DNA of 63,337 bases, filler included, from Octopus bimaculoides (GCF_001194135.2; 8 parts of 7 records of this genome joined end to end with filler, not necessarily neighbours in it); one strand, 5' to 3'; positions 35,450-48,525 are shown, numbered from the whole stretch's first letter. Translations and numbers: made by a program. The notes: generated by a model not told the origin, from the letters alone.

Positions 35450-36450
35450 TGTGTGTGTAAATATTTAGAGCCGTTACGAGCCTGCAGAAACATTAGAAGC
35501 AGAGCTTATTCCGGTTTTCGTGGTGAATAAGCGGCCTACAGTACAATACTCACTCCATTCTACTCCCACACCCCGAACGGGACGCGAAATTTGTTCCCAC
35601 GAGATTTCCGGACCACAGTAATGAACTCATTTGCATACAGCCAATCAAAGTTCACCTTGACTTTGTTGTCAAGTTCACGAACACACTCTACCAAGTAAAC
35701 TCGAGACAAAGAATGGTTTTATAAGTCGACCGATCGCCAAGTTATGCCTGATTTTAGAAGGAGACAAGTAATTAGATAGATTTGCATCTATGCCTATTAT
35801 CGGATTTTGTTAGGGCCCCATACGGTAAAGATGTGGATGGAAAAAATGTGGGTAGCGGGTGATGCGCTAGCAACCCTCTCCCCTTACTGTTTTACAAAGT
35901 AAACAACAACACACATAACTACACAGAGGCAGCCATGGTTGAAACAAGAACAAGAACAACAAGCATTATTAAAAGGGAAAAGAAGCATGATTATTCCTTA
36001 TCCAAGTGACCTTATCTTATTGTCTGTCAATTCTTATGCGCTAATAAATTAGTTTGATAGTTGAACTCTGATTGGTTGTATGCAAAATGAGTTCATAACT
36101 GGGGTCCGGAACTCTCGTGGCAAAAAAAATCACGAACAGGACCATGAACGAGAAACATTTCAGAAATATTTGCTGGCCACTACATAGCGGCCACTTCGTA
36201 TTGGAGGAGAAAGCGTAGCCATCACGCTAAGTAACTTTCGAACAGACAACAGACATTAACAGCCGCCTATTGGTACAATCAAATTCTTAAACGGTTATTC
36301 TATCTCTTGTTTAGCATTTATTTACCCCCGCACGCCCAAAATCCTGTCGTTTTTGTTGTTGTTTACAAACTAGAAATCTAATTATTTTCTCATCGTCCAG
36401 GCAAGATATAGCTGCGTTGAGACAAATATATATATATATATATGAGAAAA
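35450..36450. promoter_or_regulatory. CpG-rich, repeat-poor, promoter-like segment
   Basis: Many intact CpGs; CCAAT boxes near 35641 (gccaatc), 36071 (gattggt) and 36269 (tattggt). Confidence 0.35.
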
Positions 36451-36747
36451 GAAGTGTTGTGTTTTCAAAATTTCGGTTAAAGGAGCTGTCAAAATGCTAA
36501 GATAATTTTTTTTTACTCAAAATAAATGACATGCAATAAAAAGACTTCTCTGTGTGGTTAACGGCTTCTTTTTAAAAACACAATGCCTATTAACACATTT
36601 TCTCAAAACCAAAAACTATCAAACACGATTACGTCTTGCCAGGAGGTTGAGAAAATAATTGAATTTCACAGGTTACCGACAACACTAACGAGACAGAAGA
36701 CACAGGAACAGACAAGAACACAGGCACATATATAATGTGCGCGCATG

Positions 36748-36780
<33 letters not shown>

Positions 36781-38263
36781 ACGCGCGCACATGCACACAC
36801 ACGCACACGCACATACACAATCACTTTTAAACACGTCGAGAAGATAAACGCATCAAAATCAGCCGGCTACTACAAGTAATAAAAGGAATAGATTTTTAAA
36901 TTATCAAAAGCAAGTGATATTATCTGTGCTTAAAAGAAAAAAGAATCTACAACAGACATCAGATGAGCCGGGAAATGCAGACACGTTGAGAAACATCTGT
37001 TGCGGAGACGTCCACTCACTTTCACCTGAAAACTGAAGACAAAGTCATAGCCATATACATTTGTTTCATCTTCGTTTTTCTTTTATTTCTTTATTTTTCC
37101 ATCGTTATTCTTTTCTCTCCTTCTGCCTCCGCCCCCTTTCACCTTATTTTAATTCCTATCGTGAATCCATCGTTCCCTCTTAAGTCAATTCTGGACATAT
37201 TTTATATCTTCGATTTTCATTATTCCATTCCCTCTCATTCAAGATATTGGCCAAATAGAGGCTCTGGTGAAAGATACTGACTCTATGCTAGTCAGTATGA
37301 AATTTGAATTTCATTGAATCCACACGCCGTTACAACGGGGTACATTTTATTTTTATATAATGACTCAAAAAATATTTCGTTATCTTACGCTTTATATTTC
37401 GATAAAAGTTTATCATATACAAAATGTAGTTTCATAAAAAAGCCAAGGATTCACTTCGTCGTTACTCTGAATTTCGCGCTCGTATTAAGTGAATCATCAG
37501 CTTTTCAAAACAAATAAATTCATGTCCAGTCCCAGTCAACACAAAATAATTCATAAATTTTTACGATCAGTAAATATTTTGTTGTTTTTCAATAACTTGC
37601 TCAATAAAAACAATAAGATAACCACTCTGAAATGCATGCATAAATCAGTCTGGCTAGAGAGCACTTCGAATTGACTTCACGTGCTTAGACATGTTTGTCT
37701 ACAGCGAGAATATTTTTCATATTTTTTTATTAACTTTTTACGGTTAATTTCAGACAGTAAGACTTGCTAAATCCATATCCGACGTTTCTAGACCTTCACA
37801 GCCTCATTATCAGGATTAGCATTAATTGTGTTATTTTTACATATTGAATGAATTCGTATAGACTCACCCAAAATAAGTTGTTTTTTTTTTATTGTTAGCA
37901 TCATGCGTCAACAATCACGTGTTGGTTCGTTTCTCGCGGTCAAAATTTTGACCGTATTGTTCTTTATTTTTTTAGGTCAGTAGTCTCGAGTTCATTTTTT
38001 TGTGTGAGCTTGAGTGTTACTTTTGTTATTGTATTCTGACGGGAGTATGGTTTCCATAATTAATCTTCTGTTTATGCGTAGAATTTTCCTCTAGTATTTT
38101 CCTATCTAATTTCGTCTTATAGTCCTAAACCAACAGTAAAAAGCTAATAAGAAAATATGAAAAATATAAAGTGAAAACGATAAAACTTGAACATTGTCGT
38201 CTATTTACTGAAACATTCACAAAAGAAAGCTGCTTCTCATAAATACGAAAATAAATTTACATG

Positions 38264-38328
<65 letters not shown>

Positions 38329-38395
38329 CATAGATATATGGAGAGAAAGAGGGGTGGAAAGAGAGAGAAAGATAACCTGATCAGTAGACCGACAA

Positions 38396-38452
<57 letters not shown>

Positions 38453-39829
38453 CATGCTTGAGTATGTTTTCCATATTGTAAATAAGTATGCACGCTTGAA
38501 TGCGTGTATGGATGTGTGTTGCGTATGTGTATACATTCTCACTGTGTGTACATAGTCACGCATACGTATGCGTGAATTGTCACAGTTCTTTCTGTATATT
38601 ACTTCCAATTAAACTTACTTCAAAGTTCTTTTACAACTGACAAGAAACACGTAAGACGATGATTGATGTCGACAATGTTGCGATTCGCTTCATTTAACGA
38701 AACCGAGGCTCATTGGCTTCACCTATTCACTGAGAAATAAACTCGAGTCGTATTTGAGACGGTGATAGAGATGGGACGGAATTGGACGGGATGGGGTGAG
38801 ACGGGACGGGACAGAACGAGACGAGAGTAGGGAATGTCTGAGGTAAGGTGAAGTGAGGAGGACACCGTATGTTAATAAGGACGTAATTAGTTAAAAAGCA
38901 TTGTGGGTAATCCCATGTAGATGCACGAGAAACCAAATATAATAAACTGAAAGCTTGGAGAAATGCAAAACACACGTGTGTGTGTGTGTGTGTGCGCGTG
39001 TGTGTGTGTGCGTGCGTGCGCGCGCCCCTATTTGTGATTTTCCTTTTTTCGATATATTAGAATACTTTTCCTAGAAGGAAGGAGCTGGTTTCTAACAAAG
39101 AAACAAAATACTTCATCGCTGGAATTTGAATTGCAACAACGCTAATTGTTACATACTGAACTTAAGGGAAAGTCATGTGTATTTCTGCTGTTGCACTTAC
39201 GCATAGTTCGTGTCTGTAAAGCGCGTGTTTGTTGTTCTCTTTCATTGCGAAAATATGGAAGTAGTTAGACAAAAGGATAGATAGATAGATAGATAGATAA
39301 GTAGGTAGGTAGGTACATTATTTGTCGGTCCCAGAATGATGAAAACTAATGTTGGCCTCAGTGGGATTTGAAACCACAAGACCACAAGACATTTCGTCTA
39401 TTGCTTTAACAACTCTACCAATTCGCCGTCTCTCAAAATGAAAAACTGTTAGTGAAAACCACACCAACAATCTGTATAGAATTACTGAAGTACTCACAAG
39501 AGGATATGAAAGAGCTGGAGTTTTAGAGCAAATATGCTCACGCTTGAATTCGGGAGACCCAATATGCAGTCAAATCGAAGGTAAGAGAAATGGTAGGGTG
39601 TCTTGATTCGACCTAGGTGGCGGTTTCTCACGCTCTTGTGTGTTTACTAAATGTTTAATTTATTTCAATATTATTGTCTTTGTCTCGCCACACACCAGGC
39701 TATTGTATACATACACACACCCACATGTTTTGTAATAGTTTTTTTTTTATGACATGTTTTGTATTATATGTCTAAGTCATTGTGGACAATAAAGAAATTA
39801 TCATCATTATCATCACCACCACCACCATT

Positions 39830-39866
<37 letters not shown>

Positions 39867-39905
39867 CCATCACCATCATCAACATCATCATTATTATTAT
39901 TATCA

Positions 39906-39936
<31 letters not shown>

Positions 39937-39950
39937 CATTATTATTATCA

Positions 39951-39994
<44 letters not shown>

Positions 39995-40064
39995 TTGGTT
40001 TGGCTCAGGTTTGGTCTTACTACTGGTAAGATTTATGTGAGTAGCAGGTTACTACCTGTAACAT

Positions 40065-40166
40065 TACATGGTCTGATCAATAAGTATCCGGACTGTTACC
40101 ATAGTAATGAAACTAAAGCACCAGAGTAAAGCTGATTGGCGCAGATTGACCTTGAACTCTGCTGTG
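40065..40166 (+). mobile_element. mariner-like 5' terminal fragment
   Basis: tacatggtctgatcaataagtatccggact resembles a mariner TIR (from recall). Confidence 0.4.
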
Positions 40167-40169
40167 CGC

Positions 40170-40345
40170 GTCAGACAAAATGCTTAGCAGCATTTCTTCC
40201 AGATCTTTACCTTCTGAGTTCAAATTCCGCCATGTTCGACTTTACCTTTTATCCTGTCGGGGACGATAAAATAACTACCTATTAAACACAGAGGTCGGTC
40301 TATTCGATTTACCCGTTCGCTTCAAATGCTGGCCATGTGATAAAA
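40170..40345 (+). mobile_element. SINE family B
   Basis: caaaatgcttagcagcatt...ttctgagttcaaattccgcc...cgataaaataactacc. Confidence 0.75.
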
Positions 40346-40636
40346 TTTGAAACTGTTATTATTATTTTAGTTGTAGCTACTTCCGTTGTCATCACCCGAT
40401 TCATCACCATCACCGCCACCCTCATCATCATCACCATCATCATCATCACCACAATTATTATCATCGCTATTATTATCATCATTACTACCATTCTCGTTAC
40501 CAGCACCACCTCTTCATCATCGTCGTCGTCGTCGTAATAATCACATCGTCACCGCCTTCACCACCATTAGCTCATTCATCAGCTAACGTTCTGCTATTTA
40601 TAAGAGATTATTAGACATCGACCCACCCACCCTTAC

Positions 40637-40986
40637 GGTGGTGCCAACAACATAACGCCAATGAAATTAGCCCAGTAATGTCTGACGAAGCATTGTTTTA
40701 GTGCCAAAGCAACGTTTACCAGAAAAACCCAGGTTCCCAGGAGAGACAAGTATCTGTCAAAATAAACAGCGAATATCTTTCGATTCACAATAGCTGATGA
40801 TGATGACGACGATGACGACGACAACGATGATGATGATGATGATGACGACGACGATGATGATGATGATAATGGGGGGTTGATGGTTGTGGCAGTAATGTAG
40901 TTGATAATACTGTTTTCGTTGTCGCTATTGTTTTTCCTGTTCTCGTTTTTGAGGCAACCGTTCTTTGCTGCGCGAGTTTTGCCCAT
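40637..40986 (-). CDS. Candidate first coding exon of an unidentified membrane protein
   Basis: ATG 40986, MGKTRAAKNG...(S)n...RKIFAVYFDRYLSLLGTWVFLVNVALALKQCFVRHYWANFIGVMLLAP. The ORF ends exactly at a GTAAGG donor (40636-40631, phase 2). No family recognised. Confidence 0.35.
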
Positions 40987-41557
40987 GGGATGATCTGAGC
41001 TCAACACCACGAGATAACTCACTGCTCCTTAATTCTAGTTGAGCCCTCTTTTCGTTTTCTTCTTTCCCTGCATGGTGTATATTTTACTCAGAAGATAAAA
41101 AAAAGATTGACTGGCATGGCAATAGTTTTGAGTCCTTTTGTACCATTGTCGGTAAATCTCACTGCAATACTCTCGTTCTTTCTCAGGCATCATTGGTCTC
41201 TGTCTCACCTCTAAACCTAACTCTTGCCCAGCTATCATTGTTTCTGATACGATTGAGCCGTCAAGTCACTGACAAGCCAAAGTGATCGATGCTCGTCATC
41301 TTATCACCCAATCCTGTCTACTTTTACAATCGTCTGGTAACTGTGAATGCAATTGTTTTGGTTCACTCATAGGGCCGAAACAGGCCATATCATGGGAGAT
41401 TTCTTGAGTGGCTCTACAATAAGGGCCTTGATCTTATCAACCCATGTATTCTGAATACCAGAATATTCTTTTCTACTCTAAGCACAAGGCCCGAAATTTT
41501 GGGGAAGTGGGGCCAGTCGATTAGATCGACCCCAGTACACAACTGGTACTTAATTTA

Positions 41558-41612
<55 letters not shown>

Positions 41613-41709
41613 CTGTATGTGGTGTTAAGTTATCGTAAACTTAAAACCGCATAAATGAATTATTAACACCTTTGTGACTTTTGGGCTACCCTGCATATAT
41701 ATATGTGTG

Positions 41710-41750
<41 letters not shown>

Positions 41751-42156
41751 TCTGTATATCTATTTTACTGTGTAGGTGCGAGATCTACAGCATATACAGC
41801 TGATGAATTAAGAGCTTTGGCGCCTCTGTTATCCAAGATCCACCGAAGAATCTTTCAGTCTGGTGCCAAGATATGATTCCGCATACAGGAAATCTTCCTT
41901 CCAACTAATACCAACAGCAGCATTGGATCCAAGCCATACAAGCTTCAAGTGAGATATTTCGGAGTTAGAGTTCTTATGTCTGTCTCACTTCTCCTTCGGA
42001 ACCACTACGACTGGCTTCACCAAGGTCAACATCTAGATTGAGGATGGGTCAAAACTAGTTTAAAGTGTTTTTAATTGGGACAAACAATTCTGGCGCCCGT
42101 TCTATAATACGGTTTTCTGAATTTTGAAATTAAATCAGTAATGCAAAGAAATCTAA

Positions 42157-42398
42157 CCCTTTAACTGCTAACTTAAATTTCATGGTTATTCCAGGAATGG
42201 CGTTTAAATATCTACCCAAAAATAGAATTAGTATTTTCTGCAAGTTACATTGCCTCAATAAACTTGACATATCTCAACAAAAAATAGTTTCAAACATGAT
42301 ATTCCTCAACAAAAATTAGATTTGTATATAAAACTACTTTCCGCAGTTAAGAGTAATGAAATTTTGAGCGGATATATCTGATTTCTGCTGTAAAAGAG
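42157..42398. mobile_element. piggyBac-like MITE, old
   Basis: (C)TAA / TTAA flanks; TIRs ccctttaactgc / gctgtaaaagag (9 of 12 match). Confidence 0.45.
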
Positions 42399-43437
42399 TT
42401 AAGTAACCCGGTGGTGTAGTCGCTGATTTAACAGAACAGTACACGCAGCTAGTTAATAGAATAATTACTGCCTCAACTCCTTCAGTCTGTTTATAGGCTC
42501 TGCTTTCTTATGGGATTTTTAGTAGCTTGTACTGCTTCGCACTGTGCATCTGCTCAGAATGAAACGAAACATAAGATGCAAAGGTCGACGAAGATTTTAA
42601 AGTAGTAAAATAATTTGTTTGAGGTGGAGTCCAGTTCTTTTAATTTTTTATCCCGGTTAGAGCAGCGAGCTGGCATAATCTTTAGCATGCCGGTACATTC
42701 TGAGTTTAAATACCACCAAGGTCAGTTTGGCCTTTCATCTTTTCTAAATACCATTTGAGCACTGGAGTCGACATAATCGACTGGCCCCTTCCACCAGAAA
42801 CCTCAGGTGCCTATAGTAGAAAAAATTATTTTTATAGCGCTTCTGTATATTCTGTGCTATAACTACAATGTAAATCTTACAGGTTATTTATCATAAAGAC
42901 AACATCAAAATTATTTCGTTAGTTGCTACATCTTAGAAATATTGTTTGCGTCCAAACGGCTGTTAGACAATGAGAATGAGTTGGAAGACTTCAGTGGTGC
43001 CCCAAAGATCCAATTATTTGTGGAACTCACCATTTCTAACATATCTTGAACCGAACTATATTCACACACCGTTCCTGTAAATTCTTTTCTATGTATTTTC
43101 ACGAGATGAGGACACGAAACTATCCGTCTGCATCAACCAATAAAAATAGATGGTAATATTCTATGATTAATGTGGTGTAGAAATTCCACGCCGACGGCAC
43201 CGTTGTTAAAAGGTGAAAATTACCGGTAAAAGCTAGAATTATCTACGAAATTATTTCAAGCTTTTGATAATTGCAAGCCCAGTCTGTAAAAGCAATATCT
43301 CAAGTCGTGAGACACACTACAAATATTTCTACTTAATTAGAAGGTTGCGTTTCTAGACTTATACATTCGACACCAGTAAATTAGAGAATATAATGAGGAA
43401 AAAAATTGATGCTGATTATATTATTATTATTATTATT

Positions 43438-43783
43438 CAGTAGTTTTATTTTTATAACGTGCTTTCACTTCACTACCGAGCGCAGCTCTGTGCGCCTTGG
43501 GTATGTGCTGTGGTTTGCTGTGGTGCTCTTATGTTTACTGTATTGAAAGTGTTTTGCGTAGAATGTGTGCAGTACCCAGTAGTGCAATTTTCTGTATGTT
43601 ATATATATTTGTAAGTCCTGCTATTTTTGTTATGTATTTGTCTGAATATTTTTTTATTATATCTAAGGCACCTACTATGGTAGGAATTGTTTCTGTTTTT
43701 AGATTCCACATTCGAGTTATCTCTATTTCCAGGTCTTTGTATTTTGAAAGTTTTTCCATTTCTTTTAGAGAAACGTTGTCATC
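43438..43783 (-). mobile_element. 5'-truncated R4/Dong-like element in (TAA)n
   Basis: DDNVSLKEMEKLSKYKDLEIEITRMWNLKTETIPTIVGAL...QKIALLGTAHILRKTLSIQ* (stop 43535), then a 3' UTR. (TAA)n on both sides. Confidence 0.9.
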
Positions 43784-43840
<57 letters not shown>

Positions 43841-43884
43841 CTTTATTGTTATTATCATTATTATTATTATTGTTGTTGTTATTG

Positions 43885-44098
43885 AAAGCGGAGAGCTGGC
43901 AGAGTTGTTAGCATGCCGGACAAAATGCTTAGCAGCATTTTCGTCCGTCTTTACGTTCTGAGTTGAAATTCCACCAAGGTCGATTTTACTTTTCAATCTT
44001 TCGGGGTCCATGAAATAAATAACAGCTGAGCACTAGGACCGATTCAATCAACTTAACCCTTCCCCTAAAATTGCTGGCCGTGTGCCAAAATTTGAAAC

Positions 44099-44100
<2 letters not shown>
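43885..44100 (+). mobile_element. SINE family B
   Basis: Match to 27576-27790. Confidence 0.85.
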
Positions 44101-44144
<44 letters not shown>

Positions 44145-44680
44145 GAATGAGAGAGCAGTGCCTATCATCAAAGTGACACTGGGGTAAAATATACAAAGCC
44201 CAGTATATTCATCATGACTGCCCGTCTAATAAGGGTACACTAGGCACATGCATCTCAACCATATGGGCGCGACATGGTGATCTCATATCAAGATAAGTAG
44301 TGCATGACCTCGCAGGTGGGACCCAGTTAGAATTTTCTTCTCGTTGAGTGGCCCATCTCGCTCAAAAGGTCCCTGAGGATGTTGAACGAAACACCCATGT
44401 TTCCAAAGGTGAATTATCCAAACCCCAAAGAATTCCTCTCAACACATGGCTATGATGCCCCCCCCACTACTTCTGCTCATGATCAGAGATGCACATGTCG
44501 TCAGCCACTAAGGGACATGCTCAACTGGTTAAGGTCAAACAACTGACAAGCAAATCTGTGATATTGAGCAGAATATTTGCGGTAGCTCATCTTTTATATC
44601 AAGACAAAACAATGTACATAACACTTCCAGTCGGTTAAGAGAAGCTATGAGAGCCACTGCCTGGTACTGCATCCGGGCAT
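44145..44680 (+). mobile_element. Repeat family E, most complete copy, bounded by (TAA)n
   Basis: Homologous to 18319, 22595 and 59151. Confidence 0.85.
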
Positions 44681-44708
44681 CTATTATTATTATTATTATT
44701 ATTATTAA

Positions 44709-44762
<54 letters not shown>

Positions 44763-44769
44763 TACTATT

Positions 44770-45175
44770 GAAGGCGGTGAGCTGACAAAATTGTTAGCAC
44801 GCTGAGTAATATGCTTAGCGGCATTTCGTCCCTCTTTATGTTCTGAGTTCAAATCCCACCGAGGTCGACTCAGGCTTTCATTCCTTCGGGATCGATAAAA
44901 TATGTAACAGCTGAGCACTGGGGGTCGACGTAATTGACTTAACCTTTCCCACAAAATTTCAGGCTCTATGCCTATGAGTAGAAGGAATTATTATTAAGGC
45001 GGCGAGCTGGCAGAATCGTTAGCACACTGGATAAAATGCTTAGCGATATTTCTGCTGGCTTTTGACCTCCTACAGATATCAACCCCGAAAGAGGTTGATA
45101 AAATAAGGTACAAGTTAATTGCTTTCCCTTTCCTCTCAAAATTGTTGACCTTGCGCCAAAATTGCAATTATTATT
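44770..45175 (+). mobile_element. Two tandem SINE B copies
   Basis: About 44770-44985 and 44998-45175, each ending in (TTA)n. Confidence 0.85.
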
Positions 45176-45184
45176 ATTAAACAT

Positions 45185-45436
45185 TTGGTAGTTTCAGACA
45201 AACTTCTACCGCATCACTTGTTACACCTCCATGTTGCTGGAGTGTCTGCACAGTATTCTGTGTTCTTTTTTGTTGTTGGGGCGAGTACAGACTCTTCCCA
45301 GTATAGAATTGCATCAGTTTGTAATGTCATGGGAGTTTGGTTGCAATATTAGTGTTTGTATTATGTGTTGTGTAATGCGAGTTATAGTCTTCTGTTGGGT
45401 ATTCGGCCCGTTGGTGCCTGTTTCTTTCATTGGATT
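45185..45436 (-). mobile_element. 3'-end piece related to the R4-like element at 20594
   Basis: tttggtagtttcagacaaacttctaccgcatcacttgttacacctccatgtt versus tttggtagtttcatgctagtttctactgcaccacttggtgtacatccatgtt. (TAA)n on both sides. Confidence 0.55.
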
Positions 45437-45447
45437 TATTATTATTA

Positions 45448-45482
<35 letters not shown>

Positions 45483-46724
45483 TAATCTTCATTAAGATCA
45501 TCTTCAAAAGTATTTTTCCATGAAGGAAGGAATAAATCAAATATTACATAAGTGAAGCAGAATTTTCAAGTATTCAGGTTAATCTGTGTGTATTCTGAGA
45601 AATCTTCACATTTCCCAATATAGCTCAATAATCAGAAGTGATATGAGCGAAGTAGTTTGCCAATCGACGTTCTTAATGGCGAGCGCAGAGAATTGAAGAA
45701 GGTTAATTTTTATCTGTTAACCAGCTTTCTAATCTCGTTCATCTTAAGAAATTGGAGAAGACTTGGCAATTTAGTATGCCAAATCAAAAACCCAGATGAT
45801 ACCTTGGATCGAAAACAAAGAAATATTACATACGGTTGAATCGCTAACCACTGAAGGCAACTGCACACTTGAACACGAAATCGTTAATCAATTCGTTGTA
45901 GTACGAAATAGAACGTGAAAGAGTATCATGTTCGTTTGATGCTTCTTAAATGCTTCAATTGTCGATGTGTATGTGAGCGTGTGCATATATATATGTGTGT
46001 ATTTGTGTGCATGTGTGTGTGTGTGTGAGAATGTGTGTATATTTGTCTTTCTGTTTGTGTGTGCGTATATTCAAGATGCATGCATGGCCAGTGAATAAGT
46101 AATTCGCTTCACAGCTATGTGATTTGCTGATTTGGGGTTTGGCCCATCTTCGTTGTTCATAGGGAAAGTGTCTTCTACTAGATAAATATACAAATACATA
46201 TGTGTGTATGTATGTATGTATTATATAGATAGATATATGTATGTATGTATACATATATACACATAAATACACATAAATAAATATAAATTTATTTAAAATA
46301 TATTTAGATATTTATGTGTATCTGCATGTATATGTGTGTGTGTGTAGATGTGTGTTAAATGACCTCAGTGGCTTTTAAAGTTAGAACATAAAAGAAAAGG
46401 ACGTAACTAAACACCACAAGGAACTTGGTCTGACGCCCAAACTATTTTGCCAACCCTCCACTTTATTTCAAGAAATTAGTATATCAATTAATTAATTAAT
46501 GTATTTTAATACCACGTAGTATCGGATTTGCGGTGTAGGGGTTAGGAGCAATTGTGACTTGCATGGATTTGATTAAGGTCTTCGAGAATACCCGTGATGC
46601 ACAGGAAATGAAATTGTTATAGAATCGAAAATGACACCCAGCATAGGTGTTGGCATGTTGAGACCGTTTCCATAGAGTTCGCCTCCAAGAATTGTGTCAT
46701 ATATGTTTCCTTCCCTAAATATAC

Positions 46725-47140
46725 CGTAATGTTTGTGTGGAGGAAAAGTTCGGTTCACCGCAACGCGAGTCCGGGTTCAATTATGCTGCGTAGCGCATTG
46801 AATGAGTGTTTTCTGCTAGAATCTCGAATTCGAGTTTGACAATACATTTTGGTGGAATTTGACAGAATGAAACTCTACAGAAGTCCGTTGAGTGTGTGTC
46901 TGTGTATGAGAGGGAGGGGAGAGAGAGGAGAGAGAGAGACGGAGAGAGAGACGGAGAGAGAGAGAAGAGACAGATAGAGTTTATCGTAATGGTTGTGTGG
47001 TGAAAATGTTCGGTTCGCTGTAACGTGATTCCGGGTTCAATTACGTTGCGCTGCACATTGAACGAGTCTTCAGCCATAGTCTCGGGTTGAAGTTTAGTAA
47101 GACTTTTGAGTAGAATTTGATACAACGAAACACTGTTGAA
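46725..47140 (+). repeat. Tandem duplication of a decayed SINE A head (period about 260 bp)
   Basis: Both copies share gttcggttc, ccgggttcaatta and cattgaa.gagt; they are separated by a GA run. Confidence 0.65.
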
Positions 47141-47464
47141 GCCTTTTGTATGTATGTGTGTATGTGTGTATAAGGCAGAGAGAGAGAGAGAATGAGGTAA
47201 GGAAAGACAGACAAACAGACAGAGACAGACAGAGCATGTTTATAAAACTGTATGCCCATTTATATCAGCGGAAGATGAAATATCGGCGAAAAAACAAAAT
47301 AGATGTTCTTCGAGCAAGACCCTTAAGTTATTTGTTCAGCATGGAACTACAGACACTCCCTTGTCCCTTTCGGTATCAAAAAACAAACAATAATAATTGG
47401 TCCGCTGGAAACCCAGAGCCAACGACATTTTTATTCATTTGCGAAATTAAAAAAGAAAAAAATT

Positions 47465-47820
47465 CTTCTCTGGTCCCGTAAGAGCCGTTAAAGTTCATTA
47501 ATAGCCCTAGTTTAAAATATGAAGTATGTATAAAATAAATGTTTTCACGACCTCGAAAATCTCCTTTAAAGCTCATTCTTGTCTCCAATTTCATAACATG
47601 AAATAAATGTGAGAAAAAGCTTTAGAGTTTACTAATACAACTAGTTTTAAAATATGAAGGGTATATGAAATGAATGTTTCCACGACCTCGAAAATGCTCG
47701 TTCAAAGCTCATTCCTGGCTCTAGTTTCATAACATGAAGTATATATGAGAGAGTTTTCTGGGTCCCGAAGAATAACCATTAAAATTCATTCTTGGTTTCC
47801 ACTTTCATAACACGGAGTAT
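47465..47820. repeat. Degenerate ~65-70-bp minisatellite with dimeric structure
   Basis: ctagttt(t)aaaatatgaag...atgttt.cacgacctcgaaaat...aaagctcattc.t...tttcataacatgaa repeated. Confidence 0.7.
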
Positions 47821-47889
47821 TTGCGGCGTAAATGCTTCATATCCGCATAATGCACCCCTCCACCACATGATGCATTCCTTTCTATATCT

Positions 47890-48060
47890 GGGATAACTTT
47901 CAAATTTAGGCACAAGGGCTGAAATTTAAGTGAGAGGCTTAGCTGATTATATTGATCCCTGGACAATACTGGTATGCTTTATTTTAACAATCCTGAAAGG
48001 ATAAAAAGTAAAGTTGGCTTCGACGGCATTTCAACACAATATAAAGACCCAGAACAAATG
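47890..48060 (-). mobile_element. SINE family B, decayed
   Basis: ggcacaagggctgaaattt...gatccc...ctggta...cctgaaaggataaaaagtaaagttg. Confidence 0.6.
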
Positions 48061-48457
48061 CCACGAGGCATTTTCGACAACTTTTTTTTCTAGCCAGGAA
48101 CACTCACAAAAGAATGATCGCAGTGGGTTTGAACTCACAGCCTTTAAGTTGCTAAGCTTTTGTTTAGTTTACGATGCTGATTGTAAGTCTTTCCATGGAT
48201 CAAAGGGGAGATCACTTCAGTGTATACTTCTCACGAAAAACTTGCTTCTTCTAGAGAATTTCCAGAGGTCGGATATCGGCATAGTAGCATGTGAAATGTG
48301 GTACCATGCTAATAAATCTGACGAAATATATTTGTTTGGTGGGGGGCGTGCTTTTATATGTTAACAAAACGGCAGAGAGACAGACAGACAAGCAGACAGG
48401 GACAGATTACATCGATACGAACATACATCCATACATACATTTATTTGCCTACACACA

Positions 48458-48525
<68 letters not shown>

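Noticed and set aside
41874-42040. Frames staying open after an in-frame TGA here and at 62391 (selenocysteine or readthrough idea)
   Set aside because: Other frames and strands are similarly open in these GC-balanced patches; no SECIS or homology evidence.
43497-43961. 154-aa plus-strand ORF
   Set aside because: It is the antisense of the R4-like fragment plus a (TTA)n run and a SINE head.
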